A DNA stretch of 64,000 nt, from assembly GCA_951406725.2 (NCBI GenBank), contig OX597816.1:171864001-171928000 (forward strand). The letters are read 5' to 3'. The translations under genes were made by a program, and so were the position numbers. Positions 1 to 12,850 of this stretch are shown here, piece after piece. Positions within the stretch are counted from its first letter, which is position 1. Each line of letters starts with the position of its first letter. This stretch comes from Octopus vulgaris. Taxonomy: Eukaryota. Below the pieces are notes generated by a model. The model did not search any database. It worked only from the letters and a program-made list of their open reading frames with translations, and had not been told where the DNA came from.

Positions 1-68
<68 letters not shown>
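1..68. repeat. (AT)n microsatellite
   Basis: Pure AT dinucleotide run. Many similar (AT)n/(GT)n/(GATA)n tracts occur throughout the window. Confidence 0.95.
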
Positions 69-71
<3 letters not shown>

Positions 72-379
72 GGCGCATGGCTCAGTGGTTAGAGCGTCGA
101 GCTTACGATCGTGAGGTGTGGCTCGAATCCCGACCGGGATGCGTGCTTGTGTTCTTGAGCAAAACACTTTATTTCACATTGCTCCAGTTCACTCAGCTGT
201 ATGATTGCGACGTCATGCCATGTATCGACCTTTGTCTTTCCCTTGGATAACACTGGTGGCGTGGAGAGGGGAGGCCGGTAGCATGGGCGACTACTGGTCT
301 TCCATATAAACAACCTTGCCCAGACTTGTGCCTCATATCTCTAGGTGCAAACCCATGGTCATATGACCGAGGGTCTTAC

Positions 380-382
<3 letters not shown>
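72..382 (+). mobile_element. tRNA-derived SINE (family D)
   Basis: A box TGGCTCAGTGG and B-box-like GGCTCGAATCC, then a CORE-like TTGAGCAAAACACTT...CACTCAGCTG segment. Inserted in (AT)n. Confidence 0.75.
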
Positions 383-429
<47 letters not shown>

Positions 430-566
430 GTATGTATGTATATAAATTCACACATATATATACCCATACATATAAATATATATGTATATATGTATACACG
501 CGCGCGCACGCGCACGCGCACACACACATGGAAGACGGAAGATAGAAGGATACGAGAATATTTATT

Positions 567-659
567 GATCACTACAATCGTTTCGACACATCTAGCATCG
601 ATCCCTCACGGGTGGGATACTTAACAACTGATTCAGGAGCATCCGACGTGTCTCTTCAT
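567..659 (-). ncRNA. Degenerate hammerhead ribozyme in a pLTR-like repeat (second, partial copy at ~50444-50537)
   Basis: Minus strand reads aUGAAGA-GACACGUC...GAUGUGUC-GAAAC-GAUU-GUA. The 5' strand of stem I is lost. The copy near 50.47 kb reads GAUGUGUC-GAAAC-AGUU-GUC. Confidence 0.55.
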
Positions 660-1271
660 CCCGATGAAGAACCAATGAATCGAGGTCTTTGCTACAACGG
701 TGTTACAGAAAGGTATCAGGAAGAAAACCTGGAGTCAGCTTAAAGGAATTGATGATTTGAATACTATAGAAAATCAAAAGTTGCATATGGAAAGTAAAAA
801 CTGTAAATCCGTAGGAGCTAAATGGAATGAAACAAGAAAAATGCCAGAGAAACGGGAAACTATGGAAAGTATCAGTTCTCTGCAAGGCGATAAGACAACA
901 TCCTTTTATATATATATATATATAACCATTTGTGTACAGGGTAGCTTTTGCAACAACAGGTATCTTTAGAAATATTGGTCATGTAAAGATGATGCTATTA
1001 CAAATGTTTTGTAGTTTTTTTTACTTACTATATCCTTAGAAATTAAAATAAACGAAGTAACTAATCCATTTCTATATCATATTTTTCCTTACATACGTCG
1101 CCTAAAAGGGAACCTGATTCTTCTTTTTTATCAAAAACTTTATCGCTATCATAACAACCGCTAACAACAATACGATATTGGTGGTCCGTATGACTGAAAT
1201 GTTCTAAACAGCTACAGTCAGCTTGGTGTATTAATAACCATTTACCTATACTTCATATAAAATCACAAATA

Positions 1272-1689
1272 GGCGCAGGAGTGGCTGTGTGGTAAGTAGC
1301 TTGCTAACCAACCACATGGTTCCGGGTTCAGTCCCACTGCGTGGCATCTTGGGCAAGTGTCTTCTGTTATAGCCCCGGGCCGACCAATGCCTTGTCAGTG
1401 GATTTGGTAGACGGAAACTGAAAGAAGCCCGTCGTATATATGTATATATATATGTATGTGTGAGTGTGTGTTTGTGTGTCTGTGTTTGTCCCCCTAGCAT
1501 TGCTTGACAACTGATGCTGGTGTGTTTACGTCCCTGTCACTTAGCGGTTCGGCAAAAGAGACCGATAGAATAAGTACTGGGCTTACAAAGAATAAGTACC
1601 GGGGTCGATTTGCTCGACTAAAGGCGGTGCCCCAGCATGGCCGCAGTCAAATGACTGAAACAAGTAAAAGAGTAAAAGAGTAAAGAGTA
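1272..1689 (+). mobile_element. tRNA-derived CORE-like SINE (family A, ~410 bp)
   Basis: Head GGCGCAGGAGTGGCTGTGTGGTAAG...GGTTCAGTCCC, then CTTGGGCAAGT, an internal (TA)/(TG) tract and a (GTAAAAGA)n tail. More than 10 copies in the window. Confidence 0.9.
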
Positions 1690-2195
1690 TACCAAAATGC
1701 AACCACCAGCAAAAAGGAGAAAATTGAAAGTTATAGCAGCAGCCAAGAAGAGTTCGAACAACTGTGTTGCTGCTAGAACATCCGATGTTACCGAGAAGAT
1801 TGGTACGAGATTGGAGGAAGAATGGGGAAAAATTAAGAGAAATGTCCAAACAAAAATGAGCAATGAGGAGAGGAAGCAGTCGTTGACCGAAATTGGAAAA
1901 TTATGTAGTAGAATGGATACTCCAGCAGGGACAGGATGGCTACATTGTAACACGGAATAAAATAAGATCTTATGCCCTAAAATGGGCTAAATCATATAAA
2001 GAAGACGGTAAAGATTTTAAAGCAACAGTTGGCTGGTGCAATCGTTTTATGGACGGAAAAAAAAAATCTGGTAATAAGGGAGAAAACAAAAACCGTCCAA
2101 AGGCTCCCGAGAAATCTCCATCACAAAGTAAGTTTTCACCTGTTCGTCATCCAGCTGAGAAAAAGGCATCAGTTTCCATTGTCTTATATTGGAAA

Positions 2196-2575
2196 CTAGC
2201 AGTATCGCCCGGCGTTGCTCGGGTTTGTAAGGGAAATAACTATAAAGCATTTTTAGAGAGTTATAGCCATAAAATAGCAAAAAATGCATTAAAAATGGAA
2301 AAAAATGATGGTAATTTTTTTTTAAATCGTTGACTCATCGTAGACATTTTTAGAGAGTTACTTCCCTTATATAATAGCGAAAAAATGCATTAAAATGAAA
2401 AAAATGATGATAAATTATTTTAAAAATCGTAGACTCATCGTAGACGCGCGCTAATACCCAGAAGGGCTCGATATGAATCACGACTATAAGATACCCGGTT
2501 TTGGTTAAATGTGGGAGTAGTTAGGAATCTAAATCGTAGGAGACAGACACACAACCTCTCTTTTATATATAAAGA
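2196..2575 (-). mobile_element. Non-autonomous Helitron (family H1)
   Basis: Minus strand starts TC and ends with hairpin CCCGAGCAACGCCGGG plus CTAG. Inserted at A|T with no TSD. Removing it restores pogo GGA AAT ATG GAT GAA (GNMDE). Confidence 0.9.
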
Positions 2576-3844
2576 TATGGATGAAAATCCATTAAACTTT
2601 GACATGCTGGGTAACAAAACGGTACATTTGAAAGGAGTAGAAACAATACACGTTAAAAGCACAGGATATGAAAAAACGAGGTTTATGGTGGAATTATCCT
2701 GCATGGCTGACGGTACAAAATTAAAACCCATGGCTATTTTTAAACGTAAAACAAAACCTAAAATAGAGTTCCTCGTGGCGTTTTTGTTCATATTCACGAG
2801 ACAGGGTGGATGAACGAGAGTGGTGTGAAATTATGGGTCGAGAATATTTGGAACAGGTGGCCAGGTGGCATACGAAACGAAAGCAGTTTATTGGTTTGTG
2901 ATATGCTTCGTAGCCACGTAAACATATCCAAACGGGAAACTAAAACCCGGTTATCCAATACCAATTCTGATATTGCTGTTATTCCTGATGGTTTGACTTC
3001 TACAATGCAGTCACTTGGTGTCAGTTTAAACCAACCATTTAAAGAAAATGTGAGAGAACAATGGAAATCCTTTCTGGCCCTAGCAGCCCTCGTGAACGGA
3101 CGTGTAGTGGCAGTCTCTGGGGACTTCATACCAACCAAGCAGCGAACCACAGAATAATTGGATGATTAATCGAGAAAAATTTTTACAAATGGTGGAGCTA
3201 AGCGTGCTGCCTCATTTGATGTTCTCTGTGATTTTGTTATAAAGTCATGGGGCAAAGTTAAAGTAGAAAATGTGATAAAATCATTTAAAAATGAAGTATC
3301 TTTAATGCCATGCATAGTACCGAAGGTGATACTCTGTACAATAGTGACGACGAAGTCGAAATCGATTCACCAGAACCAGACTGGAATCCTTACGATGATG
3401 GCATGTGATGAATCTTGTGATATGTATGAGAAACTTTTAGAAACAGACTACTTCGAAAAATCATAGGTAAATTCCAATGGAAGAAATTCTATATTGTACA
3501 ATTATATAAAAAACGAACTATTTGGGAGGCAGAGAAAATCTGCCTTTTATCATAAGAGATGGTGATGGCTGTGAGGAATTTGATAGGTTTTAGACAAATT
3601 CATGAGGCAGGTTTGATGCTTTATTAATATTATTTATCTCGACAGGAAATATAAAAAAATTCATAATGCCTTGTGTTTTAATTGCAGCTATTGTAAAATA
3701 ATTTTATTGAAAAATGGAGGTTGTGTGTAATCCAAACTGTGTTATTTACCACCAAATGATAATAGATATTTAATGAAAAATATAAATATGTTATTCTAAA
3801 TGTTATTACTACAGTTATACATCACCATTAAGGTTAGCGAAAGA

Positions 3845-4293
3845 GGATCTTTTCAGTTTGAACGGCAGTTTTTTCTAGCGGTGTCATATGAAATTGTCAC
3901 CCATAATTATGACCCTAGAATCGCTCTATTGCATTTCAATCTATTTTAGGGTTAGGGTTAGGGTTAAGGGTAGGGTAGGGGAATGGTATCTTTTTCTTCA
4001 CAAATGTAAATAAACCCAATCTGTTTCTTAAACAAGGGACATATTCATACGGCACAGAATGCTTTTTAACTCAATAGACGTCAGTGATTGGTTGAAATTG
4101 CAGAAATTGAAGAAAAAAACAACAAATATCTTACAAACTATAGAATTTTCTCAATAACACCTCTGAACCTACAGCCATTACTTTCCAAGAGAAAAAGATG
4201 TTTTATAAACACATTCTACCAGTATACGAAGTTTAAAATTTTTTAGTTACCTAGAAACTATGTTAAAAACTGCCGTTCAAACCGAAAAGATCC
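3845..4293. mobile_element. MITE with ~29-bp TIRs (GGATCTTTTCGGTTTGAACGGCAGTTTTT), Merlin/Mutator-like, carrying (TTAGGG)n
   Basis: TIRs at both ends and 8-bp TSD GCGAAAGA/GCGAAGGA. Further copies at 35169-35582 and 36150-36549. Confidence 0.85.
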
Positions 4294-4746
4294 GCGAAGG
4301 ATAAAGGTTACTGTGAGCTCAACCATAACTCGATGTTTACATTTCTCAGCCGAGTTCACATAGATAAAAGTTGATTTCAATAATACTGAATTATCTCTCG
4401 AATAGGCTATTATGAAGATATGCCAATAATATATAAAGTAAAAATGTTTTTATTACCTATATTATAATTTTTTTCTTCTTATTTTGTTAATCTGTTCACG
4501 TATGTCTGGTTATCGCACCGAGGTCGAGATTAGATTAGTTATAAAAATAATTTGAAATTCAGAGTTTGGTTTTTAGAATAATGGTATAAGACGACCCCAA
4601 ATTCTTAAGGTAAATTTTACGATTTAAAAGTTGTCTTATACGCGAAAATATACGGTATATATATATATATATAATCACCCTGCAAATTTTTATGGATAAC
4701 ACCATACAAAATTCTGGTGCATCTAAATTAAGTACCATATTCATTC

Positions 4747-4823
<77 letters not shown>

Positions 4824-5365
4824 CGAATGAATATATATATATATATATACTACAAAATTAGAGAATGGAGAAACATATTAAATCAGTAAAACATCAACTA
4901 TCCGATGATATAATCCATACTTTAATACACCATTACATATGAGTAAAGGCAATATATAAAATGAAATGAGATATACAGTAATAGTAAAAGTAAAAAGATA
5001 AATAGATATAAGTATAAAATTTCAAATATATACACACATATATATGTGTGTTGTCGGGCCACATTTTAAAGATGAGGATCCCCACACACACACACACAAA
5101 TACGAAAATTTTATTAAAAATTGGTAATGAAAGAAAGCATGCCAAATGTTTAAACAGTCTTTGAGAAGCGATTGGAGAAACCTCGCGGATACAGATGTGA
5201 AGGGCAAAGAATGACGGGAAAATGCTGGGAAAAAAAACCCCACCAATCAGGTCACTTCACAAAACTGAAATAGTATAATACGACTGTACTTATAATGTTA
5301 TGAATACAATATGTAGTCACACCCAACCTAATATTGCGGAATCAGTGTCGCAACATGAACCTATA

Positions 5366-5644
5366 TGTTGGGAGTTTGACTGGCAGAGGTGGTCAGGTTG
5401 CAGAGGTGGCTAGCGACGCGAAGAAAGTGGATGATAAACTGACAATGACTCTAGCGACATGAAGAAGGTGGATGCAGTTGGGCTAAAAAATTGAGAAAGT
5501 TACAATGACTCCAGCGACGGGAGAGTAATGGCGGGAGGTTCAACCGTGTTATTGCAGGGCTTCTTTGTAGACAACATTCCCGGTGTTGCCGGATGACCAC
5601 AAATGAAGAGACTGTGTCGACTGCCGACACGGGAGCATCCAACA
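5366..5644. mobile_element. Probable solo LTR
   Basis: GC-richer 279-bp block with inverted termini TGTTGG...CCAACA, flanked by TATA/TATA. Confidence 0.6.
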
Positions 5645-5648
5645 TATA

Positions 5649-5880
5649 TATTTCTTTACTACCCTCAAGGGGCTAAACATAAAGGGGACAAACAAGGACA
5701 GACAAAGGGATTAAGTCGATTACATCGACCACAGTGCGAAATTGGTACTTTATTTATCGACCCCGAAAGGATGAAAGGCAAAGTCGACCTCGGCGGAATT
5801 TGAACTCACAACGTAACGACAGGCGAAATACCGCTAAGCATTTCGCCCGGCGCGCTAACGTTTCTGCCATCTCGCCGCCT
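5649..5880 (-). mobile_element. tRNA-derived SINE (family B)
   Basis: GGCGGCGAG(A/C)TGGCAGAAACG head, B box GAGTTCAAATTCC, tail ...GGGTAGTAAAGAAATA. Other copies at ~8134-8280, 9757-9941, 49955-50135, 56738-56970 and 62725-62822. Confidence 0.85.
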
Positions 5881-6267
5881 TATATATAGTTGATTGTGGG
5901 TAAATACCTGCTGTGTCAGACTTAGGCCAACTACTTGTAACGACTGTCCCTGTGCCTTGTTAATGCTCATTGCAAAGCATACTTTTACGGGAAACTGCCG
6001 TCGCGAAAATTGAAATGGCACGACAGAGGGACCAAGGCTCATGGGAGTCAATAATTTGTTACGCCAGCAGAATGGTTTTGTCGTCGAAATTAAGGTCCCA
6101 ATCTGTTTGATGATCAGACGCGTACCGTTGCATAGTTCTTGTAGTTCCACGTTTCTCAACAGCATAATTGGAACACCAGCCTTCAGTCTAAGGTCATGAG
6201 GTGGAAGTCCGGGAGGTAGTTGGCTGTTGATGAATTCAATAGGTGTGCAAATTTTCAGCTCAATCAT
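5881..6267 (-). pseudogene. Helitron RepHel / PIF1-like helicase C-terminal fragment
   Basis: GLPPHDLRLKAGVPIMLLRN..LCNGTRL, RRQFPVKVCFAMSINKAQGQSL and VFTHNQLY are PIF1/Helitron motifs. Truncated by a SINE. A Helitron 3'-type hairpin (cccggccttgctcggg) lies adjacent at ~6346-6364. Confidence 0.9.
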
Positions 6268-6679
6268 TTACTAACACGTTTGCCTGCACAACTGCATGTG
6301 AGACAAGGTCCGCCCTTTTCACAAATAAATATTAGAATAGCAGAGATTCCCGGCCTTGCTCGGGATTAAAATAATTTATTATTGTTTTACTTGTTTGGTT
6401 AATATAAGCCGATTTCATTCGGGTCTACTCGGGCCACATTTTAAAAGATGAGGAATTTTGCCCTAGAGGCCACGCCTTTCAATTGAGCAAACTCAAAGTT
6501 GCCATGCAAACTCGCTAGCACTTTTAACATAGGTGTGCATATTTTCAGCTTAATCCGACAACATATGCAGACATTAAATGCACGCATTATATACATACAT
6601 ACGCATTAAATATATATATATGTACATATATACGCATTATATATATGTGTGTGTGTACATTATATATACATATGTATAC

Positions 6680-6719
<40 letters not shown>

Positions 6720-6876
6720 TTAATAAGGGTGAGAGAATTAGATACTAATTTAATATATATAATATTTACACTTCAACACCAAGTGGGATTAACTGGTGCT
6801 AGAGTGAGCAATATAGTGACCACTCTCTATATATTTATTATATATATATATACATATATATATATTATATATATAC

Positions 6877-6925
<49 letters not shown>

Positions 6926-7096
6926 CATATAACTTTATATATATATAATACATTATGAATATATACACATTATGATATATATATATATATATTTACACAA
7001 AAAATGATTAGATTGAAATGATTGGTACTAAGTTTCAGCACCAGCTGTGGCCATGCTACCGCCATTTATCCATATAGTTTCAAAATAAGGTGATTA

Positions 7097-7425
7097 AAAT
7101 CCAAATAAGCAGCAAGGATATCCAGAGGTAATTCAGTACGATCGCTTTAAGCAACTCCATTTAATTGAAGAACAATGCAATCATTACATCAGTTTAAATG
7201 CAGAGCAATCCTCAGCTGCATAAAAACAGAATTTAATTAAATTAAAACAGATGGAGACATTAGTATAATTATACCCAAAATCTCCAAGATGGTAAGGAGA
7301 TAGACAGAGAACATGCTGTCTTCACTTCAGCTTAGAAGATTCTAAGCTCAATTGTTCAATTAAATGGAGTTACTTGAAACGATCGTACTGCATTACCTCT
7401 GGATATCCTTGTTGTTTATTTTGAT
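7097..7425. mobile_element. Fold-back pLTR-like element with hammerhead motif (minus strand 7131-7221)
   Basis: ~70-bp inverted arms at 7099-7170 and 7355-7425. The minus strand gives AUGCAG-CUGAGGA and the right arm preserves GAAAC-GAUC-GUA-CUGCAU. Confidence 0.65.
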
Positions 7426-7458
<33 letters not shown>

Positions 7459-8639
7459 AACTAACACAATAAATATCTGATTGATAATATCTGTTATCAT
7501 GATTGTGCGGTGGAGGTGGGCGATAATAATTCACCGTTCTAAAAGACCTGGGGCGGGAATATTTAAACTTTTGCGGCTGTCTACGGTTTCTCTCTATAGA
7601 TACACAGAGACGTACTTGTCAAAGTCTGGGTTTTGTTGCCTTAGTGACCAGAGCTTTTGAGATGGGGGTTTCTAACCTAGTCCAATCGCTTCCTCGCCTC
7701 GTTTTACATGTCCTTGTAAATTTTGGTGCCAATCCGACCCCATCTGCCTCATCTTAAACCGTTTCCATCCCAAAATGAGACAAACAACTTTTTCGCATTT
7801 CAGCTTTATAGATATTGATAATTGCAATTAGTAATTTGTGAAATCCACTTCTCTTCACATTTGCTGCAATTATTACTACAAGAAAGAATCAACAGTAATT
7901 TTTAGGCCAAATACCTATTACAATGCATTATTGTTAAGGGTGTCGAGCTAGCGGTATTTCGTCCGTCTTGATGTACCGAGTTTAAATTTCTACGAGATTG
8001 ACATGTCTTTCATCCTTTCGGGGTTCATAAAATAAGTACCAATTATGTCCTGAGATTGATATAGCTGTTACTCATTAAAAAATTTCAGGCCTCGTGCTTA
8101 GGTCATGCCTAGAAAGGATTAAGTGAAAGGTGAAGGCGGCGAGCTGGCGGAATCGTTAAGCGCCCGAAAAAAACATGCCCAGCGGTAGTTTCTACTGAGG
8201 TCAATTTCGCCTTTTCTTCCTTCCGAATCGATAAAATAAAGTACCAGTCAAGTACTGGGATCGATAAAATCGACTTGCTCCCGCCCCTCAAATTTACACA
8301 AATTTTCACAATTTTAGCAGTATTCCGTCTATCTTCCTTGGGCCAAAATTCGAAAGATGAATCGGAACATTTCCCAGGGGAAATAAATTTACAACAAAAT
8401 CAGTACTGATTGAGTTGTTGCCCTTATATTTACTTCGCTCAATATTAATTTGATCAGAAATGACCAAGTTCTGCATGTTAAAATCCCAAAAGTGTTCTTT
8501 TTACCTTTCATACTCCAGTAGTAAAACCAAGTCCAATTCAATATTTTCTTGAAAATATTCTCAGGGTATTTAAAATTGTTGCATTAAGAAATTCATAATA
8601 TATACACAACCCTCCAATCTGTTGTAACAACAATACACA

Positions 8640-9880
8640 TATTATCCTCAGAATATATATTTATTATATATATATATATACAGATGAATCACATATTATA
8701 TATTATTATATTATATATATTATATTTTACAGAAAAATTATTAATTACCAATATTATTAAATTGGTTTCACATTTTGGTACAAGTTCAGTAATTTCGGGG
8801 GATAAGTCGATTACATCAACCCAATGCTCGACTGGTGTTTATTTTCATCAGAGAATGAAAGGCAAGTACTTAATTTTCAAATAAGAGTGATTAAATCCTA
8901 TTTCAGCACAAGGATATCCAGAGGGGACAGACCGGATTAAGTCCATTTAATTGAGACAATGCAACATTACTTATTTAATGCAACCCTCAGCTGAAAAAAG
9001 TCGAGAATTTAATAAATCAGACGAAATTAGTATAATTATACCCAAAACCAAGATGGACAAACAAGGCAGACAAAACATTGTCGATTTATCACAGCTAAGG
9101 TCTTAATTTTCAATTAAAAGGATTGAAACGATCGTACTCGCATTCTGAACTCAGAACGTGCGGAGACGAAAACACACACACATTTCGCCTGCCAGCGTTT
9201 ATTATAAAATATTATTATAATATGTAGTTTGTGCGGTGGAGCTGGGCGATAATAATTCACCGTTCTAAAAGACCTGGGGCGGGAATTTTAAACCCCGTCT
9301 ACGGTTTCTCTCTAGTTACAAACGAGTGAATTGTTTCATCCTTTATGATAGAAGCCCCTTGAGTAACAAATTGAACCTAAATAATTTATCAGGCCTTGAA
9401 GAAAGAATTTACATTAGCTCGCATCTTCCTTAAATGGCATACCTACACAAATTTGCCTCCGCATTCGACTTCGTTTCTTCATAATTTTCAGAAAAACGGA
9501 TATTCTTCATTAATGTAGATTCCCAAAATATCGGAATTTGCTGTGAATATGTTTTTTTTCCAGTAATTATTTGAAATCAACAGTAATTTTTACCAATTTA
9601 TAAAATGCATTACATTTATGTCGAAATTTTCAACTATGATGTACCGAGTTTAATTTCTTACATGAATTTAATGCTTCCAATGAATAAATAAATCAATTGG
9701 TGGAATGATATCATGTTATTAAAATCATATTTATATGAAAAAGGTGTGAAAGGTGAGCGGCGAGTGGCGGAATCGTTAAGCGGTTGCCTGCTAGTTCTGA
9801 GTTCAAATTTCGCCTTTTCTTCCTTCCGAATCGATAAAATAAAGTACCAGTCAAGTACTGGGATCGATAAAATCGACTTA
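8640..9880 (+). repeat. Patchy direct duplicate of ~6900-8280 (possible assembly/consensus artefact)
   Basis: Collinear islands of near identity (9229~7503, 9573~7887, 9638~7970, 9806~8204) alternate with unrelated sequence. Confidence 0.6.
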
Positions 9881-11070
9881 ATCCGTTTGTCTGTCCTTGT
9901 TTGTCCTCTCTGTGTTTAGCCCCTTGTGGGTAGTAAAGAAATATATATATATATATGCAAAATGAAACTTGAAATTTCGGAAAACAGAATTGAGATGTGT
10001 GTCAGAATGGCCCACCAATTGTTTTGTTGTTTTTTGGTGGTTGTTTTTTTGGGGGGGAAGGTGGGGGGTTGCCTTTTTTTACCCCATATTAAATTCGGAT
10101 ATAATCGTAATCTACATACTCTGAAAGGTATTTCAGAAAATTTCATCCAAAAAAGGCATTCTTATGAAAGCATAGAAACAAACCGACTCCAGTATTTTCC
10201 GAAATCTTGCAGAATGTCTTTTTTACAACAACATATAAGAATTACACACCTCGTATTTGTAGATTTCATTGACATGCTTTTCTGATTTGAGGAAATTAAA
10301 AGGGTGACATGTGCAGGTATATCCCTTAATTAACCTGGTATTACAGATCGTATGAGATAACAAAAGAAAGGAGAAAACTGATAGAAAACAAACCAAGGAA
10401 TACTAAATTTCCTAGTCACCTTGCATACCTTCATATTGCAAACAGAAAATAGAATATCTAATCCGTAAGCTTTATATAGGAACTTTCTGTTCGTTCATTC
10501 GTTTCACATACGTTTTCCATGCTAGCATGGGTTAGATAAATATGTTATTGCTGAAGTATTTTGATTGCTGGATGCCCTTTCTGATTATAAACCTTTACCT
10601 GTTTTTAAAATAAAGGATATCTTATTCCACACAGGTTTGAAGGCACGAAGCGAACGGATGTAGTGACCAACAATACCGTTCGAATGTCCTGACTTTCGCA
10701 TTAGCCAAAATAAATGTAAACTAACGCGCGCGCATGCAAGCACACACAGATGCGCGCACACACACGCACGCGCACACACACACACACACACACTATAAGC
10801 AAATCATTGTGGAAACCTGTAAGTAGCTATTCGACCTGCTAGAAATTCCAGCCAAATCTCTTACAAATCACGTCTAAAATTGCATAAATTGAAATAGTTT
10901 TAAAAATCATTTCTAAATAAAAGGGATGATCAGACTGGAAATCAATCAGGACAAACCGGACTACAATATTGGGACCAGCTTTAGACACTTACACGACACT
11001 TTATGCATTGTATACTAGGGTTACTGGAAGAACCGTACAACCTTGGGCCATAGCAATCCTACTATGCTTA

Positions 11071-11592
11071 CGGTAAATCCTCAAGTATAAGCCGCATTTT
11101 TTCCCAAAACTTAAAGGTCAAAATCCCTAGTGCATACTATATACGAGGTTAAAAATGAAAAATATTTTCTAAGCAATGTCCGAGTCTCTATTTGCTGTCC
11201 AGCAATGTTTATTCAGACGCATTTTGTGATATCAGGCGAGAAAATACCTTAAGCTAAGCCTGAAAGCAATGAAGTCATAAATGAATCAACCATAACTTGC
11301 AGTAAGCAACATTTATTAAAATAAAAAAGTATTCAGAACGCAGAATAACATGTAACAAAAACAATTTGCAAACATATTTACATTCCCATATAACAGTTAA
11401 GAACATCACCATTATTGTATTACGCATACGCGAAGTGTTTGTTCAACTAGGTGCTGCTGGCTTAATTACGCACGACTCAAGTTAGAGAAGGAGTGCGTAT
11501 TATACACAAGGTTTAGGTTTTTCAGCAGTACAGCCCCCTAAAAATCCCCTGCGTATTATACTTAAGGGCAGACTATACTCAAAGATTTACGG
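11071..11592. mobile_element. pogo-like MITE
   Basis: Termini TA|cggtaaatcctcaagtata ... tatactcaaagatttacgg|TA, i.e. imperfect TIRs with a TA TSD. Confidence 0.75.
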
Positions 11593-11759
11593 TACTTAGT
11601 ATGGTGGGTTGGTTTTCACTGGATGAAAAACAAAACCTGTCAAGGGGCAGATAAACTTAGAGTCTTGGCAGTTACACTGAAGCTGGAAGCAGGATAATAA
11701 TCTAATTCTACACTTTATCATTCAAGAATATAAACACATTTTTAAAGCTCAACACACGC

Positions 11760-12850
11760 AGTGTCAAAAAGAAACGCTATCTAATAGAATGGGCAAGAAT
11801 GAAATTCCAAGCGTAGTTTTCGTGAAAGGAGTCCAAAAAGAAATGAAATTCAGGATAGGAGGTGAAGATATACCAACAGTAAAAGAACAACCAGCAAAGT
11901 GTCTTGTCAGATGGTACAGAGATGATAAGAAGCAAAGCAAAGAAACACACGGTTTAGTGCAACAGGGACTAAAGGCAGTTGACAGAACAACATTACCGGG
12001 AAAATTCAAATGCTGGATACTGCAATTTGGACTGTACCCAAGGATAATGTGGCCATTGCAAATGTATGAAATAGACTCGAGTAGAGTAGAAAGGATGGAA
12101 CAAAGATGCAGTGTGTTTATCAGAAAATGGCTTGGTCTTCCAAACCCACTGAATACAACTGTACTATATGGAAAACCTGTGTTTCAACTACCGATAACAT
12201 TAATCACCAAAGAATATAATGCAGGAAAGACAAGGACAGTAATGATGCTAACGTATCATTCCAAAGATTGGAACATCCGAGAAAACCCTCCAAAGATATG
12301 AACAGGGAGGAAATGGAAAGCGGAAGTGGCAGTAAACAGGGCGATCGGAAAACTAAGGCACGCAGAAATAGTCGGAGCAACGCAAGAAGCAAGAGCCGGT
12401 CTAGGGTTGCCATTTTGCATGAGCAGTATAAAAGAGATGAAAGAGGCAGTGGTATATGAAAGGAGGAAGAAGAAGGGCGAAATGTGCATTTTGTGCAATG
12501 AAGTCAACAGCAAAAGTGCCTGAGATGGGAGGAATATATGGTCAGTCGCAGAATCTCATGGAAGGAACTTTGGGCTTGGGAAGAAGCAAGAACATCCTTC
12601 GATGTTTTATCTTCACCGGCCTATTTAGTCCGGTGGAACATACAAACAACTGATGAATGTAGATGTGACAGTGAGACATGTTCTGTCAAAGTGCAGGCTA
12701 GCACTAGACAGATATACATGGCGTCGCAATCAAGTTCTTGGTGTCATAAGCATAACACTCAAGGAGAAGATCGAGGGATATGATAGGGGAGAGTACCCAA
12801 AAGTGGAAAAGCGTGGAAGGATATACTTCCAGAAGGAAGAAAAAGGGTCA
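11760..12850 (+). mobile_element. Hero/NeSL-type (R2-group, REL-endonuclease) non-LTR retrotransposon fragment
   Basis: Post-RT region LPGKFKCWILQFGLYPRIMWPLQMYEI...IRKWLGLP, then CCHC-knuckle remnant TVRHVLSKC..ALDRYTWRRNQVL. Frameshifted. Confidence 0.8.

Larger units (their letters stand above)
1690..4654 (+). mobile_element. Decayed pogo/Tigger-family DNA transposon (frameshifted HTH_Tnp_Tc5 + DDD transposase)
   Basis: ORF fragments FKATVGWCNRFM, IGN|MDENPLNFDM, GYEKTRF..ADGTKLKP, LLVCD..RSH and VIPDGLTS..Q.LGVSLNQPFK. Right TIR ...CTTATACGCGAAAATATACGG followed by TA. Interrupted by a Helitron and a MITE. Confidence 0.85.

Noticed and set aside
1246-1500. Recurrent ORF family MLGGQTQTHK.../FQSFDCGHAGAPPL...
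   Set aside because: Antisense translations of SINE family A, not a gene family.
3946-3980. True telomere or chromosome-fusion scar
   Set aside because: Short array internal to a MITE and present in all three copies.
5806-6267. Host PIF1 helicase gene
   Set aside because: Intronless C-terminal fragment, truncated by a SINE and next to Helitron ends, so it is transposon-derived.
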